56,246 nucleotides of DNA. Origin: a virus (Duplodnaviria > Caudoviricetes). Where the stretch lies: the IMG/VR virus record IMGVR_UViG_3300021335_000019, positions 1-56,246 of that record; one strand, written 5' to 3'. The notes below the pieces were generated by a model. The model ran no database searches. It was not told the DNA's origin and saw only the letters and a program-made list of their open reading frames with translations. Positions 36,934 through 46,354 of the stretch are shown in pieces. Position 1 is the stretch's first letter, and each line of letters opens with the position of its first letter. The translations under genes and the position numbers were made by a program.

Positions 36934-39900
36934 GTGGCGAGTCTGGAATTTGCCGGTGACGATGGTTCGCTGAGCGACATCAACGCAACCCAAGGTGAGT
37001 TCCGCAGCCAGATTGCGGCCTTGACCGATATGGTCAAGCAGATCGCCGGTAACGCTGTAGTATCAGCCGGTGACTCCGCCCAAGCCGATCCGCTCAACGC
37101 CCCATTTACGCTTTACGTCAACCCTTACACCGGTAGCGACGAGTTCGTTGGTGGTTCGTACAACGACTACGAGACCGGCGTCACGCAAGCCGAGATCATT
37201 GAATCGAAGCTGAAGCGCCTCGAAAAGCAACGCCTCACCTGCGGCTTCACGCCCCAGCGTCCGTTCAAAACCATCAACCGCGCCGTCATCGAAGCGGCGA
37301 TCATCACTAGCAAAAACTGGTACACAATTACTGATCCTGCCGCGCATGTGGACTGCGTGAGCATCGTGCTCAGCGCTGGTGTTCATACGCTGTACAACGA
37401 TCCTGGGCAAGCCAGCACAAGCATCGCAAGCTGGGGCGCTTACAGGAATCCGACCACTGCGGATCTGATCAAGTTCAACCCCGCCACTGTTGGTGGTGTG
37501 TTGCTGCCTCGCGGTTGCAGCTTATGTGGCCCTGACCTTCGCAAAACCACCATCCGCCCCAACTGGGTGCCTGCTGTTGCCGATGAAGCAGCGGATTACA
37601 GCAACCGGCACGGGATGCTGAAGATCACTGGCACAGGTTACTTCTTCGGCCACACCGTCATGGACAAGATTGGCCTTGAGGCCAGTCACCACCTGCTGGA
37701 TGCCTATCAGTTCACCAGCAAGGCTGAACTTGACGACTTCTACGCCAAGACCTTCAGCGCCGTTGGCTCCGGCGCGGACCTCGCTTCGGCGCTGACTGTT
37801 ACACGCGGCACCGAGTACCAGATCGTTGGTCCGATCGATCAAACCCAAACTCCAACCGCTGCGTGGGATACCATCAGCAGCGCTTCGCCTTACATCTTCA
37901 ACGTTTCCATCCGTTCCAATTACGGCATGGGTGGTGCGTTCATGGATGGCTCGAAGGTCGAGGGCCTCAAGTCCATGGTTTGCGCCAATTTCACTGGTGT
38001 GAGCCTGCAGAAAGACATGAGCTGCTGGCAGATTTATAACGGCAGCAACTGGGTACAGCCAACCTATGAGCAGTACATCGCAGCGGACCCTGATAACACG
38101 CGCATGAATCCGGCTCGATTGAGCCGCCACATCAGCGCCATCAACGATGCCTTCATCCAAGAGGTATCAGTCTTTGCCATCGGCCAAGGGATTCACCACT
38201 TCACCGATCTCGGTGGAGAAATTACCGTAACCAACAGCAACTCGTCGTTCGGCGGCTGCGCCGCATACAGCAAAGGCTACAAAAGTACCGCATTCCCGAG
38301 CGACACCAACTGGGCCGTCAGCGGCATCCGCGTGCCGCTTGATCTGCAAGAAAAAACCGGCAACATTCGCTACATCTACCTTGGTACGACTAGCGCTGTT
38401 ACGTCAAGCAAAATTACGCTTGATGCCAACCTTGCTGCTGACCCAACATCGAGCGATACGCCGTCTGTTCTATTGCAAGACGGTTATTCATTTGCAAGCG
38501 GCACTTACATCTGGATCGAGAATCCGCTGGGAGATCCGTGGTACGCACCACTTGCCTCAAACGCATGGCAATCCAGCGCACCGGATGAAATCGACATCAG
38601 CTCCGCCTTTGACGGCACTGATGCAACGACTGAGGACGGCACCAATCTGCTGCTCGGCAAGCGTGTCTACATCCGTCGCTTGGTTGATACACGCACGCCA
38701 AACGAACGCCGCGTTTCGATCCTCGCCAACAACACCGCTTCGGCCCGATTGCCGCAGCGTAATTTCATCGTTCAAACTGATCCGCTTCGCAGCAATGGCG
38801 CCATCAGCCGTGAGTTCACCACTACCGGCACCGAGATCTTTGCTGTCAGCAATGCTGGCGCAGGCAACGAAGCTGGCGTAACGACCTCGACAGAATTCAC
38901 GCTGCGGCGCTCTGCACCGAGCACGACATACAGCAACGGCGACTTCTACACCGCTGGCTCAGTGGTGCGTGCCGACGGCAAGCATTACGTCGCCACTCGG
39001 GATGTTTATGCAGCAACTGCATCACCTGATCCTGGATCATGGTTTGAAACCTATGTCCACACGGCATCGGATTACGACGCCGAAGATCCGACCACGCAAG
39101 AGTCGCGGCAGATTACAATCGACACCGATACTGACACCGATCCATACAGCACAGATCTGAGCATTAACTGGTCGAGCGTCTGGGCTGCTGATGAGTATCG
39201 CGGCTCCACCGACTACAAAGGCGTTCACGCCTTCTTGGTTGCGATCGGGCTGACGAGCAGTCAAGCCCATGCTGCATTGGTGCCGCAAGCTGCTGCTGAT
39301 CGGCTGCTGGATCCAACCAGCGCATCCGATTTCCCGAACGCACCATCAGGTGGAGCGGCAACCGGACGTGGCAACTGGGCTATCGAATTTCGCCGCCCAA
39401 GCACACTGCGCCTATACGGCCACGCCTGGGAATGGGCCGGATTCCTGAACTACTCCAAAGCCATCCCGGCAGCGCAGAAAGACCTTGGCCCGCAAAACGC
39501 CTTCACCTATTACTTCACCAACGAAGCTGGTGGTCGCGTCGTACCGCAAGGCAGCAACGAGAACGGATTCAATATCACACCACGCGGCCTTGAGGACATC
39601 GAGACTGGCTCAACGCTGACTGTCGAAAATATCGGCAGCAGCAGCATTGACATCATCGCGCAAACCGAGTTTGAGAACCTCAACGTTACAGATACTCTGA
39701 CCGCTGAAAACCTCAACATCACTGGCACGATCAGCGGCTTGCCGACAGTTGGCTCCGCTACAGCAGGCAACACTGACGAAGACCTCGGATTCGTCAGGCT
39801 CGCCAGCATTTCTGACCTAGAAAGCACCTCTATCGCGTCAAACGATGCTGCCATCAACGCATCACCTGAAGCGGTTACGCTGCAAGGGCTGAACTACTGG

Positions 39901-41523
39901 AAAAACTTTAACAATCTGCTCAGCGCCCGCAGTGGTACGCAATACGTTTACGTCGATCCCGTCAATGGTCGAGACGCTTCGGTGCAGCAGTTACTCGACG
40001 AACCGCCGAACGTAAACATGGCGTGGGATGGATCAAAGTGGAGCAGAAGCAGCAATCAACCAGCAAGATCTCTTTCGGCTGCAATAAGCTACGCGACTGC
40101 TACATTTAGCCCCAGTGAAATTGTTGAATTCCGTATCGGCCCTGGCCTTTACTTGGAATCCGGCACTAAAACATTTACGATGGAAGCAAGGATTACAGCG
40201 TGGGATTTTTCAACGCAAGGATACCTAAACAATGCCGCAAACGGCGGCACCACGCCGTTTAATGCAGCCAATTTTTACGACCACACACGGCAGCCTACAT
40301 TTATTACCAAAATCGAACAAATCCAGTTGTACAAAAGCACGGGACAAACTGCACTCCTTATATTCACCAGTGGGCTCCGTTTTACGTTCGAGCGACGCTC
40401 GACTATCACAGGAGTTGCGTGGTGGGGAGCGCAGCAAACATTAAATAGCAGTACTGTGCCTGATAGCTGGTTTGGCTCTACTGGTGACTATGTTTCAGCG
40501 GATAGGACAGATCCCGCGAACTGGCGTGCATTGGCTATTGCTGATTTTGGTAATGCTTTTAATTATTACATAAGGGCTCAAGCTGTTGATGCTGCAAATA
40601 TCGAGGGCACAGCAGGGCAGATTTACGGGATGCGTGCTTTTCCGGTCATTAAATTTGAATCGCAAGGAACAATAGCCAATGTAGCTATTGGCGCAATGAC
40701 GCCTGCGGATGATGCAATTCGTGGCGACCTTCGCAACACGAGCGGCGGTATTATCAGCCTAGGGGCGGAAGAGGTAGATGTATCCGGCCTTTGCTTGATG
40801 GGGAATGTGCGAGTAGATAGCAGTCAAAATACAGGCAGCTACTCAAACATTAAGCTCCGAGACGGATCTTCATTTGCAGGCTCGTACGATGTTGCGACTT
40901 ATGAGCTATCTGGCTTTGCGCCTATTTTATTTACATGCGAAGGAAATAGTGAAATTTCTGTGCGATTTGGCACCGCTTTAGGCGCAACTGGCACGGTTGG
41001 CACCAATACACTGGTGTACAATAATCCTTGGTCAAACATCAGGCTTTTTAATACAGAAGCGACTCCAGCCATTGCAAGTAATGTGTCTTCTGCTGCTGGC
41101 TCATCCGGTTACTGGAGAGAACTGGGGCCTGGCTTTAATGCTATTTTTGATAAATTCTCTACATTTGCCGGGACCACAAACCGAAGCTGGAGCCAATATT
41201 GGGTAAGCCCAACTGGCAGCTCTGGATTTGAAGGTAAATTTGGAAATTACAACACAATCGCAAATGCAAGCGCAAACGTTAGAACTACTGGATTGATCTA
41301 TAGCTTGGGTTGGGAGATTACAGATTTTGGCACAGATACACCTACAACTATTTTCAGGGTAGCAAGCAGCGGTGATCTGCCTTCTATCGATTCGGGCGTA
41401 ACTTCACCCGGAGACATTGGTTCGTATACTGATTTCAACGACTTAAATGTCCGAGTGCGGACAATCAGGCAAGGTATTGACGTTGATGACGTTCGCACCG
41501 CCCACCGGACCATTGTTCTCTGA
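36934..41523 (+). CDS. Large tail fibre/spike (receptor-binding) protein
   Basis: 1529 aa; YVNP...G.D and PFKTINRA motifs repeated as YVDPVNGRD/PARSLSAA; beta-rich. Confidence 0.75.
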   Translation: MASLEFAGDDGSLSDINATQGEFRSQIAALTDMVKQIAGNAVVSAGDSAQADPLNAPFTLYVNPYTGSDEFVGGSYNDYETGVTQAEIIESKLKRLEKQRLTCGFTPQRPFKTINRAVIEAAIITSKNWYTITDPAAHVDCVSIVLSAGVHTLYNDPGQASTSIASWGAYRNPTTADLIKFNPATVGGVLLPRGCSLCGPDLRKTTIRPNWVPAVADEAADYSNRHGMLKITGTGYFFGHTVMDKIGLEASHHLLDAYQFTSKAELDDFYAKTFSAVGSGADLASALTVTRGTEYQIVGPIDQTQTPTAAWDTISSASPYIFNVSIRSNYGMGGAFMDGSKVEGLKSMVCANFTGVSLQKDMSCWQIYNGSNWVQPTYEQYIAADPDNTRMNPARLSRHISAINDAFIQEVSVFAIGQGIHHFTDLGGEITVTNSNSSFGGCAAYSKGYKSTAFPSDTNWAVSGIRVPLDLQEKTGNIRYIYLGTTSAVTSSKITLDANLAADPTSSDTPSVLLQDGYSFASGTYIWIENPLGDPWYAPLASNAWQSSAPDEIDISSAFDGTDATTEDGTNLLLGKRVYIRRLVDTRTPNERRVSILANNTASARLPQRNFIVQTDPLRSNGAISREFTTTGTEIFAVSNAGAGNEAGVTTSTEFTLRRSAPSTTYSNGDFYTAGSVVRADGKHYVATRDVYAATASPDPGSWFETYVHTASDYDAEDPTTQESRQITIDTDTDTDPYSTDLSINWSSVWAADEYRGSTDYKGVHAFLVAIGLTSSQAHAALVPQAAADRLLDPTSASDFPNAPSGGAATGRGNWAIEFRRPSTLRLYGHAWEWAGFLNYSKAIPAAQKDLGPQNAFTYYFTNEAGGRVVPQGSNENGFNITPRGLEDIETGSTLTVENIGSSSIDIIAQTEFENLNVTDTLTAENLNITGTISGLPTVGSATAGNTDEDLGFVRLASISDLESTSIASNDAAINASPEAVTLQGLNYWKNFNNLLSARSGTQYVYVDPVNGRDASVQQLLDEPPNVNMAWDGSKWSRSSNQPARSLSAAISYATATFSPSEIVEFRIGPGLYLESGTKTFTMEARITAWDFSTQGYLNNAANGGTTPFNAANFYDHTRQPTFITKIEQIQLYKSTGQTALLIFTSGLRFTFERRSTITGVAWWGAQQTLNSSTVPDSWFGSTGDYVSADRTDPANWRALAIADFGNAFNYYIRAQAVDAANIEGTAGQIYGMRAFPVIKFESQGTIANVAIGAMTPADDAIRGDLRNTSGGIISLGAEEVDVSGLCLMGNVRVDSSQNTGSYSNIKLRDGSSFAGSYDVATYELSGFAPILFTCEGNSEISVRFGTALGATGTVGTNTLVYNNPWSNIRLFNTEATPAIASNVSSAAGSSGYWRELGPGFNAIFDKFSTFAGTTNRSWSQYWVSPTGSSGFEGKFGNYNTIANASANVRTTGLIYSLGWEITDFGTDTPTTIFRVASSGDLPSIDSGVTSPGDIGSYTDFNDLNVRVRTIRQGIDVDDVRTAHRTIVL

Positions 41524-41528
41524 TCACC

Positions 41529-41861
41529 ATGATGTATTCCTGGACCTTCAAAAACCTGCGCGTTGCCGCTAAGCAAGGCGACCTTGCTGACGTGATGGTC
41601 AGTGTTGACTACCGCATCGGTTGCACCGCTGATCGATCTCGATGGGTGTATCACTATGGCAGCGTGGACTTCGCGCCTGCTGATCCAGCGTTATTCACCG
41701 AGTATGACGCCATCACCGAGGAGCAAATGGTCGGCTTCGTCGAGCAGACGCTAGGCGATCAATTAACGTCTATCCAAAACAGCTTGCAGAGCGAATACGC
41801 CAACCCCATCACTGCCCGCGAGCTTCCTTGGGAGTTAAAGCTAGACTCAAACTATCAGTAG
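41529..41861 (+). CDS. Small tail-fibre-associated protein
   Basis: YSWTF...GSVDF...FTEYDAITEEQMVGFV...LPW pattern. Confidence 0.65.
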   Translation: MMYSWTFKNLRVAAKQGDLADVMVSVDYRIGCTADRSRWVYHYGSVDFAPADPALFTEYDAITEEQMVGFVEQTLGDQLTSIQNSLQSEYANPITARELPWELKLDSNYQ

Positions 41862-41874
41862 TGCATCAGCGACC

Positions 41875-42591
41875 GTGGCCAACGTCAAAATCACAGATCT
41901 TGCCGCGTAGACCAATCCGGCAAGCACTGATGTTCTCGCGATTGTTGATGTTGGCGCAGATGTAACCAAAAAAGTTACGATCGCGGATCTGCTTGAAAAT
42001 GCTGGTGACGGCACTGCTGCTGCGCCAGCTTTTTCATTTGATTCTGACAACAATACTGGGGTTTTTCTCGCAGCTGCTGACGAGCTTGGTTTTAGCACCA
42101 ATGGTGTTGGCCGTGTTTATATCGCCGGTAATGGCGATGTAACAGTAGTTGGCGCTTTTAGTAAAGGTTCAGGCTCTTTTAGGATTGATCATCCACTACC
42201 AGAGAAGAAGGAAGCCCATCACCTAGTCCATTCATTCATTGAGGGTCCACAAGCTGATCTTATTTACCGTGGAAATGTTCAACTCGTAAATGGCGTTGCC
42301 ACTGTGAATCTTGACGAAGCGGCACGAATTACGGAAGGTACATTCGAGGCTCTATGCACAAACGCGTGCTGCTTTACGTCAAACGAATCCGACTGGACTG
42401 CTGTTCGCGGGTCAGTATCCGGCAATATCTTAACTATTAAAGCGCAAGATCCTGCTTCTGACGCCGATGTTTGTTGGATGGTAATTGGAGAACGCAAGGA
42501 TCAGCATATGCTTGATACTAACTGGACAGATGAGAATGGTCGCATTATTACTGAACCTCTAAAACAGCAGCGTTTCGCCGAAGCGGGCTAG
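41875..42591 (+). pseudogene. Second tail fibre gene interrupted by an in-frame TAG at codon 12
   Basis: MANVKITDLAA*TNPASTDVL...GTAAAPAFSFDSDNNTG...KGSGSFRIDHP...HSFIEGP...YRG in one frame; TAG at 41908-41910. Confidence 0.7.
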
Positions 42592-42623
42592 TCCTACTCT
42601 CTACTTTCCCTAGCGCGTAAACC

Positions 42624-42649
42624 GCCCCATGTCGTCATGGGGCTTTTTT
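42624..42649 (+). terminator. Intrinsic terminator
   Basis: GCCCCATG-TCGT-CATGGGGC-TTTTTT. Confidence 0.75.
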
Positions 42650-42679
42650 ATTACACTGCCAACTGAGCATCATTTCATC

Positions 42680-42811
42680 ATGTCCACCACCTTTACTTGG
42701 GCAATCGCTAACCTTGGTGAAGAAAAGGTCACTAAAATTGAAGCTGCTCTTCAAGCACAACTCGACGAAAAGCACGCACCATCAAAAGCTGCAGGAGTGC
42801 CCTGGAGCTAA
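42680..42811 (+). pseudogene. Internally deleted paralogue of the 41529-41861 family (43 aa)
   Basis: MSTTFTWAIANL joined directly to GEEKVTKIEAALQAQL...GVPWS; central part absent. Confidence 0.55.
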
Positions 42812-42840
42812 ACTGCAGTAGGAGGCACCGAGGACCGACT

Positions 42841-43119
42841 GTGATTGAGCTAATGGCAGCGGCTCTCGGTGCGTTACTAGGCGTCGGCGGCACTGGGGCG
42901 ATTATGACCCTTTCAGGTGCCGCCAAGCGCAACACAGAATCCCGTGAAGCTGTAATCAGGCTCACATCTGCTGTTGAATCGATTGCTGGAAAGCTGGAGG
43001 AGTTGCATCAGGATATGAAGGAAGACCGAAAGGCGATCTACACAAAGCTCAATGAGCATGGCGAAAGGATTACTGTATTGGAAAACAAAGGCAGCATCTG
43101 GGGCGACGTCGGGCGCTAG
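42841..43119 (+). CDS. Putative holin/membrane protein with coiled coil
   Basis: N-terminal hydrophobic segment; upstream of the endolysin. Confidence 0.55.
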   Translation: MIELMAAALGALLGVGGTGAIMTLSGAAKRNTESREAVIRLTSAVESIAGKLEELHQDMKEDRKAIYTKLNEHGERITVLENKGSIWGDVGR

Positions 43120-43145
43120 GATCAGGTCACAAGCCATATATTCTC

Positions 43146-43286
43146 ATGCACCTCGAAGCAATCCTCGCCTCGCCGATTACTTGGATTGTGGTCGCCGCCG
43201 CATCTGAGATCATCGCCCTGTCGCCTCTGAAGGACAACAGCGTGATCCAGATGATCTTTACCGCATTGCGCTCAATCAAAAAGTGA
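43146..43286 (+). CDS. Small hydrophobic protein, putative holin (46 aa)
   Basis: MHLEAILASPITWIVVAAASEIIALSPLKDNSVIQMIF...; manual translation. Confidence 0.6.
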   Translation: MHLEAILASPITWIVVAAASEIIALSPLKDNSVIQMIFTALRSIKK

Positions 43287-43287
43287 C

Positions 43288-44016
43288 ATGAAGTCGATCC
43301 GTCTTCTAGATCTGTTCAAGTATTACAAAAAGCTCGGCCACCAAACGGCTGGCCTGCTTGAACTTGAGCAACAAATTCTGTACTTCTGTCCAGATTGCTT
43401 CGATCGCGATCAAGAGTGGTACAAAACCTGGTCTACCGCCGTTGCCCCTAAAGAGGGTAAGTGGCTCGTCAGCCGCAAACAAGTTGCCGCTGTTTCAGGC
43501 TGGAAACCAAGCCAGTTTGACGACAAGTTCATGAGCGACCTAAACAAGCTCATCTACAGCACTGGAATGACCAGCGTCCAGCAACGCCGCCACTTAATTT
43601 CGCAAACGGCCCACGAAACCGGTCGCTACCGCTGGATGAAGGAGCTAGGCGACGACGATTACTTCACCCGCATGTACGACAACCGCAGCGACTTAGGCAA
43701 CGGCCCGGGTGACGGCAAAATCTTTTTTGGCGGCGGCGCAATCCAACTAACTGGCCGCTACAACTACCAGCGTTTCAGCAACTGGCTGGAACGTAACGGC
43801 ATGACCGACGACAAGGTTATGCAAGAAGGCGCTAACTACGTCGCCGAGCAGTACCCATTCCTCTCAGCAGTCTGCTGGATCGAAGAAAACAACTGGGCAG
43901 CCGTTTGTGAAGGCACTGATGTCTACCAAGTAACCCGAATTCTCAACGGTGGGTACAACGGCATCGAAGACCGCCTAGCACTGTATAAAAAAGCGTGCGA
44001 AGCTATAAAGCAATAG
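43288..44016 (+). CDS. Endolysin, glycoside hydrolase family 19
   Basis: SQTAHETG, LGN...GDG..FFGGGAIQLTGRYNY, ILNGGYNGIEDR. Confidence 0.88.
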   Translation: MKSIRLLDLFKYYKKLGHQTAGLLELEQQILYFCPDCFDRDQEWYKTWSTAVAPKEGKWLVSRKQVAAVSGWKPSQFDDKFMSDLNKLIYSTGMTSVQQRRHLISQTAHETGRYRWMKELGDDDYFTRMYDNRSDLGNGPGDGKIFFGGGAIQLTGRYNYQRFSNWLERNGMTDDKVMQEGANYVAEQYPFLSAVCWIEENNWAAVCEGTDVYQVTRILNGGYNGIEDRLALYKKACEAIKQ

Positions 44017-44020
44017 TTGA

Positions 44021-44266
44021 ACCAGTTACATTCAAAACATCTGGGGCGTTGACCTTGCGGACCTTAAAAGGGCGCATGTTGCCGTCGGTTGGTTGCATCA
44101 TGGCCCCTCTGCCGCACCACGCGGTGGTGACCACTGGACCTGCTGCATTGGCAACTCCGATTCCCTTGGTGTTCACGTTGAATACAGCCGCAAGAACTTG
44201 CCGCGGCGTTGGGAAGTTGACGGTCTGAGCACCGGCTGGGCTATCCTAGTGAAGCCTGAATTTTGA
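44021..44266 (+). pseudogene. Start-less remnant of a C39-like peptidase (lysin) domain
   Basis: Open frame VAVGWLHHGPSAAPRGGDHW...IG...YSRKNLPRRWEVDG..TGW; no N-terminal start codon. Confidence 0.55.
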
Positions 44267-44269
44267 AGC

Positions 44270-44785
44270 GTGATCCTGAGTGATTGGCAGATCCAACACC
44301 ATGCAGAACAAGGCGCGATGGTTGAACCGTTTGACCTTGAACTTGTCAACCCCGCCAGTATTGATGTAAGACTCGGCAATCATTTGATGATCGAAGTTGC
44401 CGATCAACGCGAGCTGGTAGAGGTTGACATCAGCAAACGCACCGCAGAGCATCCGTACTGGTTGCTGCCGAATGAATTTTGTTTAGCTGAAACGCTAGAA
44501 ACATTCAACTTGCCAAGACTTATCGCCGCGCAGTTTGTGTTGAAATCAAGCCGCGCACGCGAAGGGTATGAGCACATGCTTGCGGGATTCTGCGATCCAG
44601 GCTGGCATGGCAGTAAGCTCACGCTTGAACTCAAAAATGCACGCAGATTTCACGACTTGCCGCTATACCCTGGCCTGAAAATTGGCCAGATGGTGTTTCA
44701 CAGAATGTGCGCATCACCACTTCGGGACTACTCTGAGACTGGTAGATACAACGAGGACGTCAAGGTAGCCGCAAGTAAAGGTTAA
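44270..44785 (+). CDS. dcd: dCTP deaminase
   Basis: MILSD, NPASIDVRLG, KSSRAREG, AGFCDPGWHG..LTLEL, GLKIGQMVF. Confidence 0.9.
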   Translation: MILSDWQIQHHAEQGAMVEPFDLELVNPASIDVRLGNHLMIEVADQRELVEVDISKRTAEHPYWLLPNEFCLAETLETFNLPRLIAAQFVLKSSRAREGYEHMLAGFCDPGWHGSKLTLELKNARRFHDLPLYPGLKIGQMVFHRMCASPLRDYSETGRYNEDVKVAASKG

Positions 44786-44931
44786 AACACACGCTTCATG
44801 CGTTCAGAGTAAAGCTGAATTGCTTGCTCGTAAAACACACGAGCCTGCCATTCTTGGCGGTGCTCCTTTATCATGCCAGCATAGGTGACGCGCCACACGT
44901 CATTTACTTTTTCGATTGATGGAGGTTTCAT
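44782..44931 (-). CDS. Small hypothetical protein (49 aa, MKPPSIEKVNDVWRVTYAGMIKEHRQEWQA...)
   Basis: Manual translation. Confidence 0.5.
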   Translation of the reverse strand: MKPPSIEKVNDVWRVTYAGMIKEHRQEWQARVFYEQAIQLYSERMKRVF

Positions 44932-45154
44932 GGGTTGGGCTCAATGGATGATCGTTGAACTCCCGGTTGAGGAGCAACTCACCCTAGAGAAGCAAGCACG
45001 GACGCCATTGCATCAAGGCAGCAGCGATCAAATCCGGCAGTTGTGCTCAAGCCTGATCCGTCAAAATCACCATCAGCAAAAGCTACTGAAGCAAGCCACT
45101 GGCCGGATCATTGAACTTGAAGCAATGGCAGCGTGCCTTGACATTCAAACGTAG
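44930..45154 (+). CDS. Small helical hypothetical protein (MGWAQWMIVELPVEEQL...)
   Basis: Start moved to ATG 44930. Confidence 0.55.
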   Translation: MGWAQWMIVELPVEEQLTLEKQARTPLHQGSSDQIRQLCSSLIRQNHHQQKLLKQATGRIIELEAMAACLDIQT

Positions 45155-46016
45155 CTGTCTTACCTAATGCGCGCCTAATCTTGATAAATGCGCGATCACG
45201 GCGCTGTCTGATGCGTTCGCGCGATACATTATGCTGCTGCGCAATCTTCCTTAATGTCGTCGGTTCATTATCAAACAATCCAAAGTATTTTACGATGATG
45301 TCTCGATCGAAGTCGTCCAGTTGGTCACAGGCAAAATAAAGCCCGGCTTGCCGCTTTTTATCATTGACATCATCGTACAAATCCTCACTATCGGATAACA
45401 TATCAACAAGCGGCGATCCATCTTCTTTGGTAAGTGCATCAAGGCTGGTGTGCATTGTTGAGCGTTCCATGATTAACCGCAGATCACTTGGCTTCATGTC
45501 CATGATCTCGGCTACTTGATCTAGTGTTGGCAGCACACCATGAGCCTGCCTGTATTCGTTTTTGATCTTGAATGCACGGTTAACTTTCTCCAGCGCATTG
45601 GTTGGTATTCTTACAGCACGGTCATACGATTCAATTCCGCGATTCATCGCTTGTCTGATCCACCAATAGGCATAGGTGCTGAACTTATAGCCGCGTGCAC
45701 CATCAAACAGCTCCGCTGCGCGTTGCAATCCGACCGTACCTTCTTGAATCAAATCCATGTGATCCATGGCAGCGCCACGGATTCGTGGTGCAAAAGTACG
45801 GCTTACATGCACCACAAGTCTGAGGTTGCATTTGACCAGCTCCTCACGCGCGCGAAGCCCAGATCTAATCTCACGGCGTTCAGTATTGGTCGGGTTAGGC
45901 TTATCACGCAGATCCTGCCAACGCTTGACGCGCCTGGACAGCTTGATCTCTTGATCCGTGGTCAGCAGTGGATACTTGCCGATCGCATTAAGATAATCGC
46001 GCATTACCTCAGGCAT
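45108..46016 (-). CDS. RNA polymerase sigma70-family (RpoD-like) factor
   Basis: DYLNAIGKYPLLT (1.2), NLRLVV, DLIQEG, GYKFSTYAYWWIRQ (2.3-2.4), VSRERIRQ (4.2). Confidence 0.93.
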   Translation of the reverse strand: MPEVMRDYLNAIGKYPLLTTDQEIKLSRRVKRWQDLRDKPNPTNTERREIRSGLRAREELVKCNLRLVVHVSRTFAPRIRGAAMDHMDLIQEGTVGLQRAAELFDGARGYKFSTYAYWWIRQAMNRGIESYDRAVRIPTNALEKVNRAFKIKNEYRQAHGVLPTLDQVAEIMDMKPSDLRLIMERSTMHTSLDALTKEDGSPLVDMLSDSEDLYDDVNDKKRQAGLYFACDQLDDFDRDIIVKYFGLFDNEPTTLRKIAQQHNVSRERIRQRRDRAFIKIRRALGKTATFECQGTLPLLQVQ

Positions 46017-46045
46017 CAGTGGGTGGTGGGGAAGACCGGCGAATC

Positions 46046-46354
46046 TTAGCACTGATCTTGGTGCAACCACAACCAAATAGTGCCTTCAGCTTCAGCGGTC
46101 CAGAACGGTTGCAGCCGGAACCACGCTACCCAGTCATCAGATCCCTTGCGTGAGTTGCAGTTTGCGCAGCAGCTTATCAAGTTCGCTCGGTCAGTGTGTC
46201 CGCCTTTGCTGCGTGGCCTGACGTGATCCAGCGTTGTCGCTGGATTGCCGCAGTAAGCGCAGCGGTGTTCCCATGCTTCGAGTATCGATTGCCTGAATTG
46301 ACGCTTAGCGTGACGACGTGGCACAAGGTAGCAGCCATCGATGCAGTGATCCAC
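46046..46354 (-). CDS. HNH endonuclease
   Basis: CAYCG...TLDHVRPRSKGG...NLISCCANCNSRKG. Confidence 0.88.
   Translation of the reverse strand: MDHCIDGCYLVPRRHAKRQFRQSILEAWEHRCAYCGNPATTLDHVRPRSKGGHTDRANLISCCANCNSRKGSDDWVAWFRLQPFWTAEAEGTIWLWLHQDQC

Noticed and set aside
41908-41910. Genome-wide amber recoding
   Set aside because: Many genes end normally at TAG (e.g. 9884, 25376, 26271, 41861, 44016), other long genes are uninterrupted, and no suppressor tRNA was seen.
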